DNA from: Thermoproteota archaeon | Lineage (GTDB): Archaea > Thermoproteota > Thermoprotei > Gearchaeales > Gearchaeaceae | Length of the DNA: 64,000 bases | Direction: 5' to 3' | NCBI GenBank assembly: GCA_032249235.1 | Contig: JAVVGF010000004.1 | Location: 135,316-199,315, forward strand | Shown here: piece by piece, positions 1 through 10,939 of the stretch | Position numbering within the stretch: the first letter of the stretch is position 1 | How the letters are laid out: each line of letters opens with the position of its first letter | Made by a program: the position numbers and the translations under genes | The notes under the pieces: model-generated | Databases searched by the model: none | Told to the model about the DNA's origin: nothing | Seen by the model: only the letters and a program-made list of their open reading frames with translations

Positions 1-232
1 TTAAACTAGGTGGTTGATATCTTTCACTAAAATTTATATATAATCCGGCATGATTTGGATATGGAGCCAAATAATCTGCAAATATAGCTAGAATAATTAT
101 ACCAAATAAAATGCCTAAGCCGAGAACGGAAAGCTTATTTCTGGAAAATCTGTACCATGTTCTTTTAAGGTTTTCTATTCTCATCTCTCTCTGTTTCCTT
201 GTTAATAATTCGTAAAATGGGTCTTCTTTCAT
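1..232 (-). CDS. dppC: Dpp/Opp ABC transporter permease C, 5' part (runs off the window)
   Basis: ATG at 232 directly after the dppB stop. Hand translation MKEDPFYELLTRKQREMRIENLKRTWYRFSRNKLSVLGLGILFGIIILAIFADYLAPYP...QPPS is a typical OppC N-terminus. Confidence 0.85.
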   Translation of the reverse strand, partial: MKEDPFYELLTRKQREMRIENLKRTWYRFSRNKLSVLGLGILFGIIILAIFADYLAPYPNHAGLYINFSERYQPPSL

Positions 233-1267
233 CTAACTTTTTTCACGATATTTTATTCTAGGATCCAAATAATATATTATCAAATCTACTATAAGATTTG
301 CTATTATGAATATTACTCCAATAACTAAGGTAACACCTACTATAGCGTTTAAGTCCTTTCTCAACATAGCATTTATTCCATATCTAGATAGACCTGGCCA
401 ATTAAAAATTAATTCTACAAGGAAAGCATTTCCTAAAAGAGATGCTATATCAAGGCCCATTACTGCAATTACTGGTATCAAAGAAGGTTTCAGCGCGTAT
501 TTAAAATAAATAGTTGTCTCAGGAATTCCGTGTGATTTGAAATTCAAAACATAATCCTTTCCAATGTTTTCTATAAGATTTGCTCTTAATATTCTTGCAT
601 CTTGAGCTATTGGACCAATAGCTAATGCGGTAGCTGGAAGAATTAAATGTTTAATAGAGTCTATAAATGCTGGCAAATTGCCTGCCAAAAGTGAATCAAT
701 GGTCATAAAACCCGTCACTCTTGGAGGAGGAATCACATTATCGCTAATCCTACCGACAGCTGGTAGAAGATTTAGCCAATACGCAAAGACAAGTTGAAAT
801 ATTATAGCCCATACAAATGAAGGTATTGATATTCCAACATAAGCGAACAACCTCATTGCATTATCAACAATCGAACCTGGTCTTCTGCCACTTATAACAC
901 CTAATATAAGTGCTCCAATAACTAAAATTATACCTGAGAATAAAATTAACTCAAGCGTAGCAGGAAGAAATTCGCGAATATCGTCTGAAACGTCTCTAAA
1001 AGTAACTAATGATTGACCTAAACTGAAATGAATGACATCGTTTAACCAATAAAAATATTGAATATAGATAGGTTGATCTAAATGTAGTTGTTCTCTATAT
1101 CTTTGCACAACATCTTCAGGAGCTCTCGGACCTAAAGCTAATCTTGCTGGATCTCCTGGTAAGAGTCTAGCTAAAGTGAAAATGAGGATTGAAAGACCAA
1201 AAAGAACCAATATAGAGTAGAGAAACCTCCTAAATAAAATATTATCAAATACTCTTTTTATTTTCAT
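233..1267 (-). CDS. dppB: Dpp/Opp ABC transporter permease B
   Basis: PGDPA N-terminal motif, PATLEL, EAA-like loop, ELIFNWPGL, C-terminal LDPRI. Confidence 0.93.
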   Translation of the reverse strand: MKIKRVFDNILFRRFLYSILVLFGLSILIFTLARLLPGDPARLALGPRAPEDVVQRYREQLHLDQPIYIQYFYWLNDVIHFSLGQSLVTFRDVSDDIREFLPATLELILFSGIILVIGALILGVISGRRPGSIVDNAMRLFAYVGISIPSFVWAIIFQLVFAYWLNLLPAVGRISDNVIPPPRVTGFMTIDSLLAGNLPAFIDSIKHLILPATALAIGPIAQDARILRANLIENIGKDYVLNFKSHGIPETTIYFKYALKPSLIPVIAVMGLDIASLLGNAFLVELIFNWPGLSRYGINAMLRKDLNAIVGVTLVIGVIFIIANLIVDLIIYYLDPRIKYREKS

Positions 1268-1279
1268 AAAAAAGTGAAT

Positions 1280-2971
1280 TTAGCTTGGAGGCTGTGTTTT
1301 CTTTTCAGGATATACTTGGATCCATCTAAAATCGAATTCATATCCCAGCATTAGTGGTACTTTACCTTTTGCAGCGGGGAAGTCAACATAATATGCTTGA
1401 TATGCTCTTACAACTACATGTTCATAAACGAATATGGAGGGATAAAGATCGAATATATATTTTTGAACTGCTTGATACTTTTGTATTCTTGCATTTAGGT
1501 CAAGTGTGGAAAGAGCGTCTTCGATCATTTGATCTATTGTTGTAGAATTAAGCCATTCATTTTGTTGCCAAGTGCCTTGAACTCTTGAATGATATCTATT
1601 TGAAAGCATTGATCCAGCTTCTGGATAATCAGTAGCTACAAATATTGAAACAATATGCGGCGAAGTTTCAAACTTTGATAGAGCCTCTACAACAGATAAC
1701 CAAGGCTTTTTAACTACATCAACTTTCAATCCTAATTGTTCCATGTTAGATTTGAATAATAGAGCGACTCTTTCTTCCCATGGAACTTCAGCAACCCACC
1801 AATATTCTATTGGATATTGGTCTAACTTACCCCAGTATTTAGATTTCTTAAGTTCTTCTATTGCTGCTGTTACGTTTCTTGTTAAAGGTTTATCGGGTTG
1901 CCAATAACCTATCAAGGTACTAGGAACAACTCCATAAGCACGCTTCTCGTATGGATTTATATCGCTTATAGCTGAATCATAATCAAATGCTAAAGCCATT
2001 GCTTTCCTTACGTGTATATCATCTGTAGGAGGTTTTTTATTGTTTATCATTAAGTAAAATTCATAAGGTACTGCTAGCTTTGAAAGTTCAACACCTTTGA
2101 TCTTAGACATTGCCTCAAGATTTTCCAATGGCTGCCATTGGTCTGTAATTTCAAGTTCTCTATTAGCTATTAAAGTTCTAATTGTAGAAGGTTCAGTAGT
2201 ACCTAGCATAACTACTTTATCAGGTGCATTAGGTGCGTATTGACCCCAGTATTTATCAAATTTTACTAAGGTAACTGATTCTCCTCTTTTATATTCAGCT
2301 AATTTATAAGGACCTGAACCTGCATCTGCAACTCCAGACATTAACCAATCTCTACCATAATCTCCCATATCACCATAAGGTCCTGGCTTTTTAATGTTCG
2401 CTTTAACTAATTCGCTATCTACTATATAGAGCCTCAATAATGCATAAAGGAAAGGACCGAAAGGTTTGCTGAGCACAATCTGGATTGTAGTATTATCTAT
2501 TACTTTAGTTTTATCGAGATCTACATAAGGTTTTAATAGATATGCATATCCTTCACCCATAGTTATTAATCTTCTTAATGAAAAGTCTACGTCATAAGCT
2601 GTTAAGCTTCTTCCGCTATGGAATTTTACATCATTTCTTAAATGGAATGTCCAAGTTAGACCGTCAGGAGAAACTTCCCAACTTTTAGCTACATTTGGAA
2701 CCAGTGTATTATTAGCAAGCGGATATACGAGTGTATCATAAACATTGACTAAATATACAGTACTCGCCTCATCGGAGCCTACAGCAGGATCTAGATAGGG
2801 TACATTCGCAAAAGAAACTCTTAGTAACTTTTCTGCTGCTGGGGCTTGTGTAGGTGCTCTATAAAGGTAAATATATGCTACAACTCCTCCTACGATGACT
2901 ATTGCTAGTATAATTAAAACAACAGCTATTCTAGAGATCGCACGCAAATTGGGCTTATTTATTTTATGCAT
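1280..2971 (-). CDS. dppA: ABC transporter substrate-binding protein, family 5
   Basis: N-terminal TM anchor, LDPA, YDTLV, SWEVSPDGLTWTFHLR..VKFHSG, GSGPYKL. Confidence 0.92.
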   Translation of the reverse strand: MHKINKPNLRAISRIAVVLIILAIVIVGGVVAYIYLYRAPTQAPAAEKLLRVSFANVPYLDPAVGSDEASTVYLVNVYDTLVYPLANNTLVPNVAKSWEVSPDGLTWTFHLRNDVKFHSGRSLTAYDVDFSLRRLITMGEGYAYLLKPYVDLDKTKVIDNTTIQIVLSKPFGPFLYALLRLYIVDSELVKANIKKPGPYGDMGDYGRDWLMSGVADAGSGPYKLAEYKRGESVTLVKFDKYWGQYAPNAPDKVVMLGTTEPSTIRTLIANRELEITDQWQPLENLEAMSKIKGVELSKLAVPYEFYLMINNKKPPTDDIHVRKAMALAFDYDSAISDINPYEKRAYGVVPSTLIGYWQPDKPLTRNVTAAIEELKKSKYWGKLDQYPIEYWWVAEVPWEERVALLFKSNMEQLGLKVDVVKKPWLSVVEALSKFETSPHIVSIFVATDYPEAGSMLSNRYHSRVQGTWQQNEWLNSTTIDQMIEDALSTLDLNARIQKYQAVQKYIFDLYPSIFVYEHVVVRAYQAYYVDFPAAKGKVPLMLGYEFDFRWIQVYPEKKTQPPS

Positions 2972-3331
2972 ATATATATAGTAAAAATAGTATATATAAA
3001 TCTTTCAAGATTATCCGCCCAAACTAACTAATTTTAAAGTTAAATTCAATGATTGTGAGTAATTTTTCTCTATAATGAATTATGTTAAGCAAAAATAAGA
3101 ATTATATCTTTTTATTCTAATTCCAACTAATTGAACTCTATTAATATTTTTTATCTAGTTTAAGTTTTTAGCCAATAATATTTTAAAAAAGAAAACTTTT
3201 TAAACTGTAATAAAATTATTTACCCCTATAGGTTTAAACTAAAGTTATTTTTAAAATTCTTCTATTTTCAGGTTAACCATAAATCAGCTAGCTTTATATA
3301 CAAATAATTAAATAATCAAGATTATAAGAAT

Positions 3332-5395
3332 ATGCCACTGCGTCTAGGAATTGATATCGGTGGAGCTTTCACGGATCTCGTCGCATACGATGAAGAAAGC
3401 GGTAGTCTAATTTGGACTAAAGTAGAGACTACGCCAAAGGATTTGTCTCAAGGTGTATTAAATTCAATTCAAGCAAGCGGGATAAATCTTTCAAATGTAA
3501 GAATGATCGTTCACGGTCAAACATTGATCATAAATTCCATAGTAACTAGAGAAGGAGCTAAAGTTGGTTTGATGACAACTTGGGGTCATAGAGATATATT
3601 AGAATTGCAAAGAGCTAATAGGCGAGATATATACAATTTTAGATATAAAAAGCCTGTCCATTTCGTTCCTAGACGTTTATCTTTAGAAATTAGAGAACGC
3701 ATAGGAGGAGACGGCTCCATAATTGTTCCTTTAAATAGTGAGGATGTTAAAAGTGCAGTTGAGAAATTTTTACAAGAAGGTGTAGAATCGATATGTGTTA
3801 GTTTTCTCAATTCTTATATTAATCCTACGCATGAAATCGAAGCTGCAAAAACAATAAAGGAAGTTTTAAATTCTAAGGGTAAACATGTTCATATAACTTT
3901 ATCGCATGAAATAACTAGAGAATGGGGGGAATATGAGAGAACGAGTACAGCAGTCTTAAATGCTTTTGTTAAGCCTAAATGGATAAATTATTTATCAAAA
4001 TTAGAAAAAGAAACGAAGAAAAGAGGCTTTCACGGATCTTTTTTCCTTATGCTATCCAACGGCGGTATGTCTCTTATGAATTTTATCAAAGAATATCCTA
4101 TATATACCGTAGAATCTGGGCCTGTTGCAGGTGTAATAGGAGGTATAGCAATTGCTGAATTCTTAAATGAAAGAAATATTATAGTATTAGATGGCGGAAG
4201 TACTACTACTAAGGCTAGTCTGATCGAAGGTCTTGTTCCAAGAATTAATACCGAATATTTCATTGGAAGAGACAAATTCAATCCAGGATATCCGGTCAAA
4301 GTTCCTACAGTTGAAATTGCTGAAGTTGGAAATGGTGGTACAAGCATTGCATGGATTGATGAAATAGGAAGACTTAGAGTAGGACCAAAGGCTATGGGAG
4401 CTGATCCTGGTCCTGCATGTTATGGAAAAGGAGGTGATAAACCTACAGTTACAGATGCATACGTTGTTAACAGGTTGATCAATCCAAATTACTTATTAGG
4501 TGGTGAAATGAAGATATATAGAGATTTGGCTATTAAGGTTGTAAAAAATATTGCAGAATATTATAATGTTTCAGTTGAGGAAGCTGCTGAAGGTATAATT
4601 AAGATAGCCAACGAGAATGCCGCAAATGTAATAAGATTAATATCAGTTCAAAAAGGTTATGACCCAAGGGACTTTTCACTAATTGCTCATGGAGGAGCAG
4701 GGCCTATGTTTGCTCCTTTCATTGCAGAAGAACTTGAGATTAAGAAAATTATAGTGCCTGCAATTCCACCAGGCGTATTTTCTGCTTGGGGTATGCTTTT
4801 AACTGATGTAAAACACGATGTAATCATCACAAATATTGTAGAAGTAAAAGATGATACAATTGAAAATATAAACAAAACATTTCATGAAGTTGATAAAAAA
4901 TTATTGGCAATTTTTGAGGAAGAAAACTTCCAAGTAAAGGATGTTTTATTATATCATTATGCAGATATGAGATATAAAGGTCAGGAACATACTGTTAAAG
5001 TGCCTTTAAACACTGGAGAAATTAAGAATGAAGATATTCCTATAATAATTGAAAGATTCCATGAATATCATGAAAGGGCTTATAGTTTCAGACTTCCAAA
5101 TAGTCCAGTTCAGATTGTTAATTTCCACGGTATGGGTATAGTAAAAGTTAAAAGACCTCCATTGAAAGAAAGAATAATTGATACTAAGATTGATGAAGCG
5201 ATAAAGGAGACAAGAGAGGTATATATATACGGTGATTATAAACAACTTCCTGTATATGATAAACAAAAGCTACCTACAAATTTGAAGCTTTTAGGACCAG
5301 CTGTTATAGAGGATCCGACATCTACTATACTTGTGTTAATGAACCAGGAATTTTTTAAGGATAAATACGGTAATCTAATAATCCATAAGAGGTAA
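3332..5395 (+). CDS. hyuA: Hydantoinase A / 5-oxoprolinase subunit (ATP-dependent)
   Basis: GIDIGGAFTD, EYERTSTAVLNA, ESGPVAG, GADPGPACYG, GPAVIED. Confidence 0.93.
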   Translation: MPLRLGIDIGGAFTDLVAYDEESGSLIWTKVETTPKDLSQGVLNSIQASGINLSNVRMIVHGQTLIINSIVTREGAKVGLMTTWGHRDILELQRANRRDIYNFRYKKPVHFVPRRLSLEIRERIGGDGSIIVPLNSEDVKSAVEKFLQEGVESICVSFLNSYINPTHEIEAAKTIKEVLNSKGKHVHITLSHEITREWGEYERTSTAVLNAFVKPKWINYLSKLEKETKKRGFHGSFFLMLSNGGMSLMNFIKEYPIYTVESGPVAGVIGGIAIAEFLNERNIIVLDGGSTTTKASLIEGLVPRINTEYFIGRDKFNPGYPVKVPTVEIAEVGNGGTSIAWIDEIGRLRVGPKAMGADPGPACYGKGGDKPTVTDAYVVNRLINPNYLLGGEMKIYRDLAIKVVKNIAEYYNVSVEEAAEGIIKIANENAANVIRLISVQKGYDPRDFSLIAHGGAGPMFAPFIAEELEIKKIIVPAIPPGVFSAWGMLLTDVKHDVIITNIVEVKDDTIENINKTFHEVDKKLLAIFEEENFQVKDVLLYHYADMRYKGQEHTVKVPLNTGEIKNEDIPIIIERFHEYHERAYSFRLPNSPVQIVNFHGMGIVKVKRPPLKERIIDTKIDEAIKETREVYIYGDYKQLPVYDKQKLPTNLKLLGPAVIEDPTSTILVLMNQEFFKDKYGNLIIHKR

Positions 5396-5400
5396 GAGGC

Positions 5401-7143
5401 ATGACCATAGATCCTTTCACTTTAGAAATAATTAAAAATGCGTTTGTAGTAGCCAATGAAGAGATGTTTCAAGCTTGGGCTAGAACTGCCAAAAGCCCAG
5501 TCATTTATGAGGTTTTAGATTTTGCTGTAGCGATAACAAACAACGATGGCGATTTAATAGCTGAAGCACCTGGTGTTCCAGGATTTTCAGGAGTCTTAGA
5601 TTTCGCTGTTAAAGAAGTCTTAGAGAAATGGAGGCATGATTTAGCACCAGGCGATGTAATTGCTAATAATATTCCATATGATTCTGGCACCCATCTTAAT
5701 GATGTAACTTTAGTTGCGCCTATATTTTATAAAGATGAATTAATTGGGTTTACTGCAACAAAGGGTCATTGGAGTGAAGTAGGAGGGATGGCTTTTGGTA
5801 GCTGGAATCCTCACTCTACTGAAATATATCAAGAAGGCCTTCAACTTCCATGTGTAAAGTTATATAAAAACGGAAAACCTGATAAGGACGTCATAGATAT
5901 AATTGTTACAAATTCAAGATTGCCTGATTATACGCTGGGCGACATGGAATCTCAAGTTGCTTCAATGAGAGTTGCTTCTCGTAGGGTCATAGGACTTGTT
6001 GAAAAGTACGGTTTAGAAAAGGTATTACTTGCTATGAAGAAATTAGTTGAGGATGGGGAAAGACTTGCTTTATTAAGGCTTCGAGAACTTCCTAAAGGTA
6101 CGTTTGAAGCTGAGGATTATATTGATAGTGCTATTGCAGGAACCAATGAACCTGCATACGTAAAGGTAAAGGTAACAATAACAGATAGAGAGTTTATAGC
6201 AGATTTCACAGGAAGTTCAAAGCAGGTACCAAGTCCTATAAATTCTCCATTTCCTGCCACTGTGGCAGGAGTAAAAGAATTATTCTTGGCTATAACAAAT
6301 CCTCATTCGCCTCCCAATTCCGGTCTTTTCAAACCGGTTAAAGTAATTGCTCCAAGAGGTAGTGTTTTCCATCCAATTCGCCCAGCTCCAACATCTACTT
6401 ATTGGGAAGCCATGGCTGTAGCTACTGATTTGGTTTGGAAAGCTTTAGCACCACATGTTCCAGATAAGCTTACAGCTGGTCATTTTGTTTCAATAATAGC
6501 AACTATTGTTGGAGGTATTAATGATAAGACAGGAGAACCTTTCGCAATCGTTGAACCCCAACCAGGAGGATGGGGAGCAGGTTATGATATGGATGGTACT
6601 AGTGGTTTAGTAGCATGCGGAGATGGTGAAACATATATCGCATCATCAGAAGTTTACGAAAAGAACTTCCCTATATTAGTAGAAAGATATTTATTAAATA
6701 CTCAAGATGGCGTAGGTCATGGAAAATATAGAGGCGGATTTGGCGTTATCAGAGAATATAGAATTTTAAATAGCCAAGCATTGGTAACTATTCAAGTAGG
6801 CAGACATGATTTTCCACCTTGGGGCGTTAATGGTGGTTTGAATGGTCCTGGAAATAAAGTTGTAATATTTAAACAAGGAGAAGAACCAAAAGAAGTTAGG
6901 AGATTAACCGCTGAAGTATTTAAGAGAGGCGATCTTATAAGCATAAGAACGAGTGGGGGTGGAGGATGGGGTGATCCTTTAGAAAGAGACCCCAAGTTAG
7001 TACTAGAAGATTATAAGAATGACTTAATAACCCTTGATATAGCCGCTCAAATATATGGAGTAATTATAGATCCTGTTAATAATGAAATAGACTGGGAAAA
7101 GACAAAAGAACAGAGAGAAAAATTAAGAAAGAAGAGAAGTTAA
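5401..7143 (+). CDS. hyuB: Hydantoinase B / 5-oxoprolinase subunit
   Basis: DPFTLEII, GTHLND, HWSEVGG, EIYQEGL, GGGGWGDPLERDP; directly follows hyuA. Confidence 0.93.
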   Translation: MTIDPFTLEIIKNAFVVANEEMFQAWARTAKSPVIYEVLDFAVAITNNDGDLIAEAPGVPGFSGVLDFAVKEVLEKWRHDLAPGDVIANNIPYDSGTHLNDVTLVAPIFYKDELIGFTATKGHWSEVGGMAFGSWNPHSTEIYQEGLQLPCVKLYKNGKPDKDVIDIIVTNSRLPDYTLGDMESQVASMRVASRRVIGLVEKYGLEKVLLAMKKLVEDGERLALLRLRELPKGTFEAEDYIDSAIAGTNEPAYVKVKVTITDREFIADFTGSSKQVPSPINSPFPATVAGVKELFLAITNPHSPPNSGLFKPVKVIAPRGSVFHPIRPAPTSTYWEAMAVATDLVWKALAPHVPDKLTAGHFVSIIATIVGGINDKTGEPFAIVEPQPGGWGAGYDMDGTSGLVACGDGETYIASSEVYEKNFPILVERYLLNTQDGVGHGKYRGGFGVIREYRILNSQALVTIQVGRHDFPPWGVNGGLNGPGNKVVIFKQGEEPKEVRRLTAEVFKRGDLISIRTSGGGGWGDPLERDPKLVLEDYKNDLITLDIAAQIYGVIIDPVNNEIDWEKTKEQREKLRKKRS

Positions 7144-7328
7144 TTTACATGCTTTCTAAACTTTATTTTTAAATTAACAATTGATCCTTCTAAATGTAAT
7201 AAAAAATATTTTTTTGATTAAAATATTTTAAATAAGATAATAATATTAGATATGTTGTTTCATATTTCTTAAATTTGATAAACTATTGCTTGAGAGTCTT
7301 TATATATGATATTTTATTTATAATAGAT

Positions 7329-8096
7329 ATGATTAAAATACTTTGGATAAATCCAGTAGGTACAACTGATTTTGATGAAGCGATCAAGGAATACTTAGAA
7401 AAAATTAAAAGACCTGAAACAGTAGTAAATGTTGCTTCATTAAGTAGAGGGCCAAAGCATTTAGAGTATAGGTATTATGAGGCATTAGTACTTCCTGACA
7501 CTTTACATTTGATTAAAAAAGCGGAAAAAGAAGGTTATGATGCAGCTATAATTGGTTGCTTCTATGATCCTGGCCTTCATGATGCAAGGGAAATAGTAGA
7601 TAAAATGATCGTAACTGCACCTGCTGAAGCGTGTTTGCATATCGCTGCAACTTTAGGTCATAAATTTTCAATAATAGTAGGCAGAGATAAATGGATCCCT
7701 CAAATGATGGATACAGTTATAATTTACGGCTTAAAAGATAAGCTTGCTTCTTTTAAGTCTGTAGATTTAGGCGTTTATGATTTTCATAAAGATGAGAATC
7801 TTACAATTCAAAGATTGAAAAATGCCGCAAAGGAAGCTGTAGAAAAGGATGGGGCTGAAGTTATAATATTAGGTTGTACTATTCAATTTGGTTTTTATAA
7901 GGAACTTCAAGAATATATCGAAGTGCCTGTTATCGATTCTGTAATTGCCCCATTTAAATATGCTGAATTCCTAGTTGAGTTGAGAAATAGATTCGGTTGG
8001 TCGCATAGTAAGAAATATGCTTTTGAAAAACCTCCGATATCAGAAATTAAGCAATGGAAATTAGAAGAACAATATAATGTAAAAGATTTGTGGTAA
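7329..8096 (+). CDS. Asp/Glu/hydantoin racemase family protein
   Basis: Likely start ATG 7329 (MIKILWINP). Two catalytic Cys motifs: IGCFYDPG and LGCT. Confidence 0.88.
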   Translation: MIKILWINPVGTTDFDEAIKEYLEKIKRPETVVNVASLSRGPKHLEYRYYEALVLPDTLHLIKKAEKEGYDAAIIGCFYDPGLHDAREIVDKMIVTAPAEACLHIAATLGHKFSIIVGRDKWIPQMMDTVIIYGLKDKLASFKSVDLGVYDFHKDENLTIQRLKNAAKEAVEKDGAEVIILGCTIQFGFYKELQEYIEVPVIDSVIAPFKYAEFLVELRNRFGWSHSKKYAFEKPPISEIKQWKLEEQYNVKDLW

Positions 8097-8119
8097 TTTA
8101 AATAAGTAAAATTCAGTGT

Positions 8120-9100
8120 ATGGAGAATAATATTTTAGAAGTAACGAATCTGAAAAAATATTTCCCTACGCCAAGAGGATTGGTTAGAGCTGTTGATAGA
8201 ATTAATTTTTTTGTTGGAAAAGGAGAAACTTTAGCTTTGGTAGGTGAGTCAGGTTCTGGTAAGACAACTACGGGCCATCTAATTATGGGCTTCTATACGC
8301 CTGATGAAGGATCCATTCTTCTTAACGGTATTAATATAGCCATTCCTATTGAAAAGAGACCTAGAGAATTGAAGAAAATGATACAAATTGTCTTCCAAGA
8401 CCCTGGATCTTCATTAAATCCAAAAAGGACTGTAAAGGATATTATAGAGGAACCTTTAAAAATACATGAGAATCTATCTAAAAATGAAAGATTTAAACGA
8501 ATTTTAGAAATATTAAACTATGTTGGTCTTTCTGAAGATTATCTATTTAAAAAGCCAGTCGAATTAGGAGGCGGTGAAAAACAATTAGTAGCTATAGCAA
8601 GAGCTATCTCTCCTAATCCTTCTTTTATTATATTAGATGAAGCAACATCTGCATTAGATGTTTCTGCACAAGCAAGAGTTCTTAAAACGCTTTATAACAT
8701 TCAAAAAGAATTCAATGTGTCTTATCTATTAATAACTCATGATTTAAGCGTTGTAAGAAATGTTTCAAATAGAGTATGCATTATGTATCTAGGTCAAATA
8801 GTTGAATCTGCTTCTACAGAGGAATTTTTTAAAAATCCATTGCATCCTTATACTCAAATGCTTCTATCATCCATACCTGTCATTTCTGATGAAGAAGCCC
8901 AATTGATACCTAAGAAGATAGAATCGAGAGGAGAAATACCTAGCGCAACCAAACCTCCTCCAGGTTGTAGATTTCATCCCAGATGTCCGTTTGCGATGGA
9001 GATATGTAAAGAAAAAGAACCGCCAGAATTTAAGATAAGTAAAGAATCCAACGGGGGATCTCATACGGTGAAATGCTGGTTATATGCTGAGCAAAGTTAA
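8120..9100 (+). CDS. dppF: Oligopeptide ABC transporter ATP-binding protein
   Basis: GESGSGKT, VFQDP, LDEATSALD, HPYT, C-terminal GCRFHPRC. Confidence 0.92.
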   Translation: MENNILEVTNLKKYFPTPRGLVRAVDRINFFVGKGETLALVGESGSGKTTTGHLIMGFYTPDEGSILLNGINIAIPIEKRPRELKKMIQIVFQDPGSSLNPKRTVKDIIEEPLKIHENLSKNERFKRILEILNYVGLSEDYLFKKPVELGGGEKQLVAIARAISPNPSFIILDEATSALDVSAQARVLKTLYNIQKEFNVSYLLITHDLSVVRNVSNRVCIMYLGQIVESASTEEFFKNPLHPYTQMLLSSIPVISDEEAQLIPKKIESRGEIPSATKPPPGCRFHPRCPFAMEICKEKEPPEFKISKESNGGSHTVKCWLYAEQS

Positions 9101-9117
9101 TTTTATAAAGAAACTAG

Positions 9118-9792
9118 CTACTTTCCATATCTTGAATTGTAAAGGTTGAGTTTAATTAATGATTCAGCAACTTTAATTGCTGCACCAAAAGGGTCTATAA
9201 CAGGAAGTTCGATATTATCTTGAATTTCTTTAGCCAATCCTGCAAGGGCTGTACAACCGAGTATTATTACTTCGCAACCTTTCTTGTTTGCTTTAATTGA
9301 TTCTTCAATTATTAGTTTCTTAGTATATTCAATATTTTCATCAATATCCAAAACTCCAATCGGTATACCGCTTATATGAATAACGTAATCTTTGAAATTC
9401 AATTCGTTTACTCTATCCTCAATCATCCAAATCGCCTTATCATTTACAGTAATGATCCCTATTTTCTTTCCAATGATTGAAGCTAATGCTAAAGATGCCT
9501 CGCAAGGTCCTACTACTGGGATCTTTATGATCCCTTTTAAAAGGCTTACTGCAGGATCGAGAAAACAGTTAACTATTATAGCGTTATAGGCTTTCCAATT
9601 TTTGATTGCAAATTTAACTATTAGCGGGATGGCTTCAGCTTCATCCTCTGGTGTTTCAATGCTTAATGGACCCTCTTGAAAAGAGAAAACATCGATGAGT
9701 GTATCTTTCGAAGCAATCTCCTTAGCTAGAATCGTATCTTTCTTATCCCATTTATTTGTTTTGACAGGATTAATAATCAAAATTTTCATCAT
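9118..9792 (-). CDS. Asp/Glu/hydantoin racemase family protein
   Basis: KILIINP, VNCFLDPA, LGCTAL, PVIDP. Confidence 0.88.
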   Translation of the reverse strand: MMKILIINPVKTNKWDKKDTILAKEIASKDTLIDVFSFQEGPLSIETPEDEAEAIPLIVKFAIKNWKAYNAIIVNCFLDPAVSLLKGIIKIPVVGPCEASLALASIIGKKIGIITVNDKAIWMIEDRVNELNFKDYVIHISGIPIGVLDIDENIEYTKKLIIEESIKANKKGCEVIILGCTALAGLAKEIQDNIELPVIDPFGAAIKVAESLIKLNLYNSRYGK

Positions 9793-10892
9793 GGTAAGTT
9801 TTTCTTTATTAATTCTTCAACAGGAATATAATCATAGTTAAAACCAAAATGTTTTGGACCAAATAATTCTAGTCCTTTAGGGGTTCTCCAAACTTCAGGC
9901 GCACGCGTTGCAATTGCATTTATCAACATTCCTTCTTTTAATTCTGTATTGGTGATTGGGGTACCGTCATTTTTTAAAAATGCAAGCAAATCTGGAGGCA
10001 TCAGTACTGGCTTTTCATCAATCCATGCCATTATGTGCTCGTTCATTATCCATGATCTAAGAAGGCGGCCTCGAAAATTCCCAACCCCTTCAACAAAAGC
10101 TTCACCTCTAAGGAAACCTCCTTTATTTTCCCATATATACCTTTTAACTATTCCTTCGAATATTTTCCATCCTTTCAAATACTCCACGACAGCTTCTACG
10201 GGGTTGGCATTTTTTCTTCTAGCTTCCAAAACTGTTTCACCTAATTTTAGAGCATATGTTATAGTCTTGGGAATGACGGCTTTTTTTGCATCTTCAATTC
10301 CCATAGGCGTATCAACCACTGCAGCATATGTTCCCTCTAGAACAGAAAGATATCTTGCTATGGCTTCATAATCGTCGATGTCAGAATACTCCTTGACAAT
10401 TATTACGTTTCCACTTTTAGTAACTATTACAGCTGGATACATTGGTATTCCGAATATATGAACAGTACATTGATGTAATTCTGGTGCTGCTCTACCTAGT
10501 AAATCTCCATTTATCGCTGGTAATTTCATCTCTGAAGCAATATATAATGCTGCAGGAGTATTGGAGCCTCCCAATTCGCTCGCAACAACTGCTTGAATTC
10601 TTTTACCTAGTAATTTCTCCATTTCTATAAATGCTCTTTTTATTGGTTCTATTATTTTAGAAGGCTTTTTTGAAATTGTCCCAGGCGCTACTGAGCCTAC
10701 ATTATAAGGTACGACAATCAAAGCATCGTTCGTTAATTCATTCACTTCTATTAATTTTATGCTACGGCCGCTTTCAATGATATTTCTTAACATTTTAAGT
10801 CCTTCATTAGGATCTCCTCCACCTCCTGTCCCAAGAATTGTCAATCCAATGACTAAACTTTCTACTTGGTTCAGACTACTTATTTCTATCAT
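9789..10892 (-). CDS. DUF917 family protein (S-methyl thiohydantoin desulfurase-like)
   Basis: LGTGGGGDP, ELGGSN, DLLGRAAPEL, PDL, GPKHFG. Confidence 0.87.
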   Translation of the reverse strand: MIEISSLNQVESLVIGLTILGTGGGGDPNEGLKMLRNIIESGRSIKLIEVNELTNDALIVVPYNVGSVAPGTISKKPSKIIEPIKRAFIEMEKLLGKRIQAVVASELGGSNTPAALYIASEMKLPAINGDLLGRAAPELHQCTVHIFGIPMYPAVIVTKSGNVIIVKEYSDIDDYEAIARYLSVLEGTYAAVVDTPMGIEDAKKAVIPKTITYALKLGETVLEARRKNANPVEAVVEYLKGWKIFEGIVKRYIWENKGGFLRGEAFVEGVGNFRGRLLRSWIMNEHIMAWIDEKPVLMPPDLLAFLKNDGTPITNTELKEGMLINAIATRAPEVWRTPKGLELFGPKHFGFNYDYIPVEELIKKNLP

Positions 10893-10939
10893 AATTACTC
10901 ATTAATGATAAAAGAGATAAATATAAAGAAACGACTAAC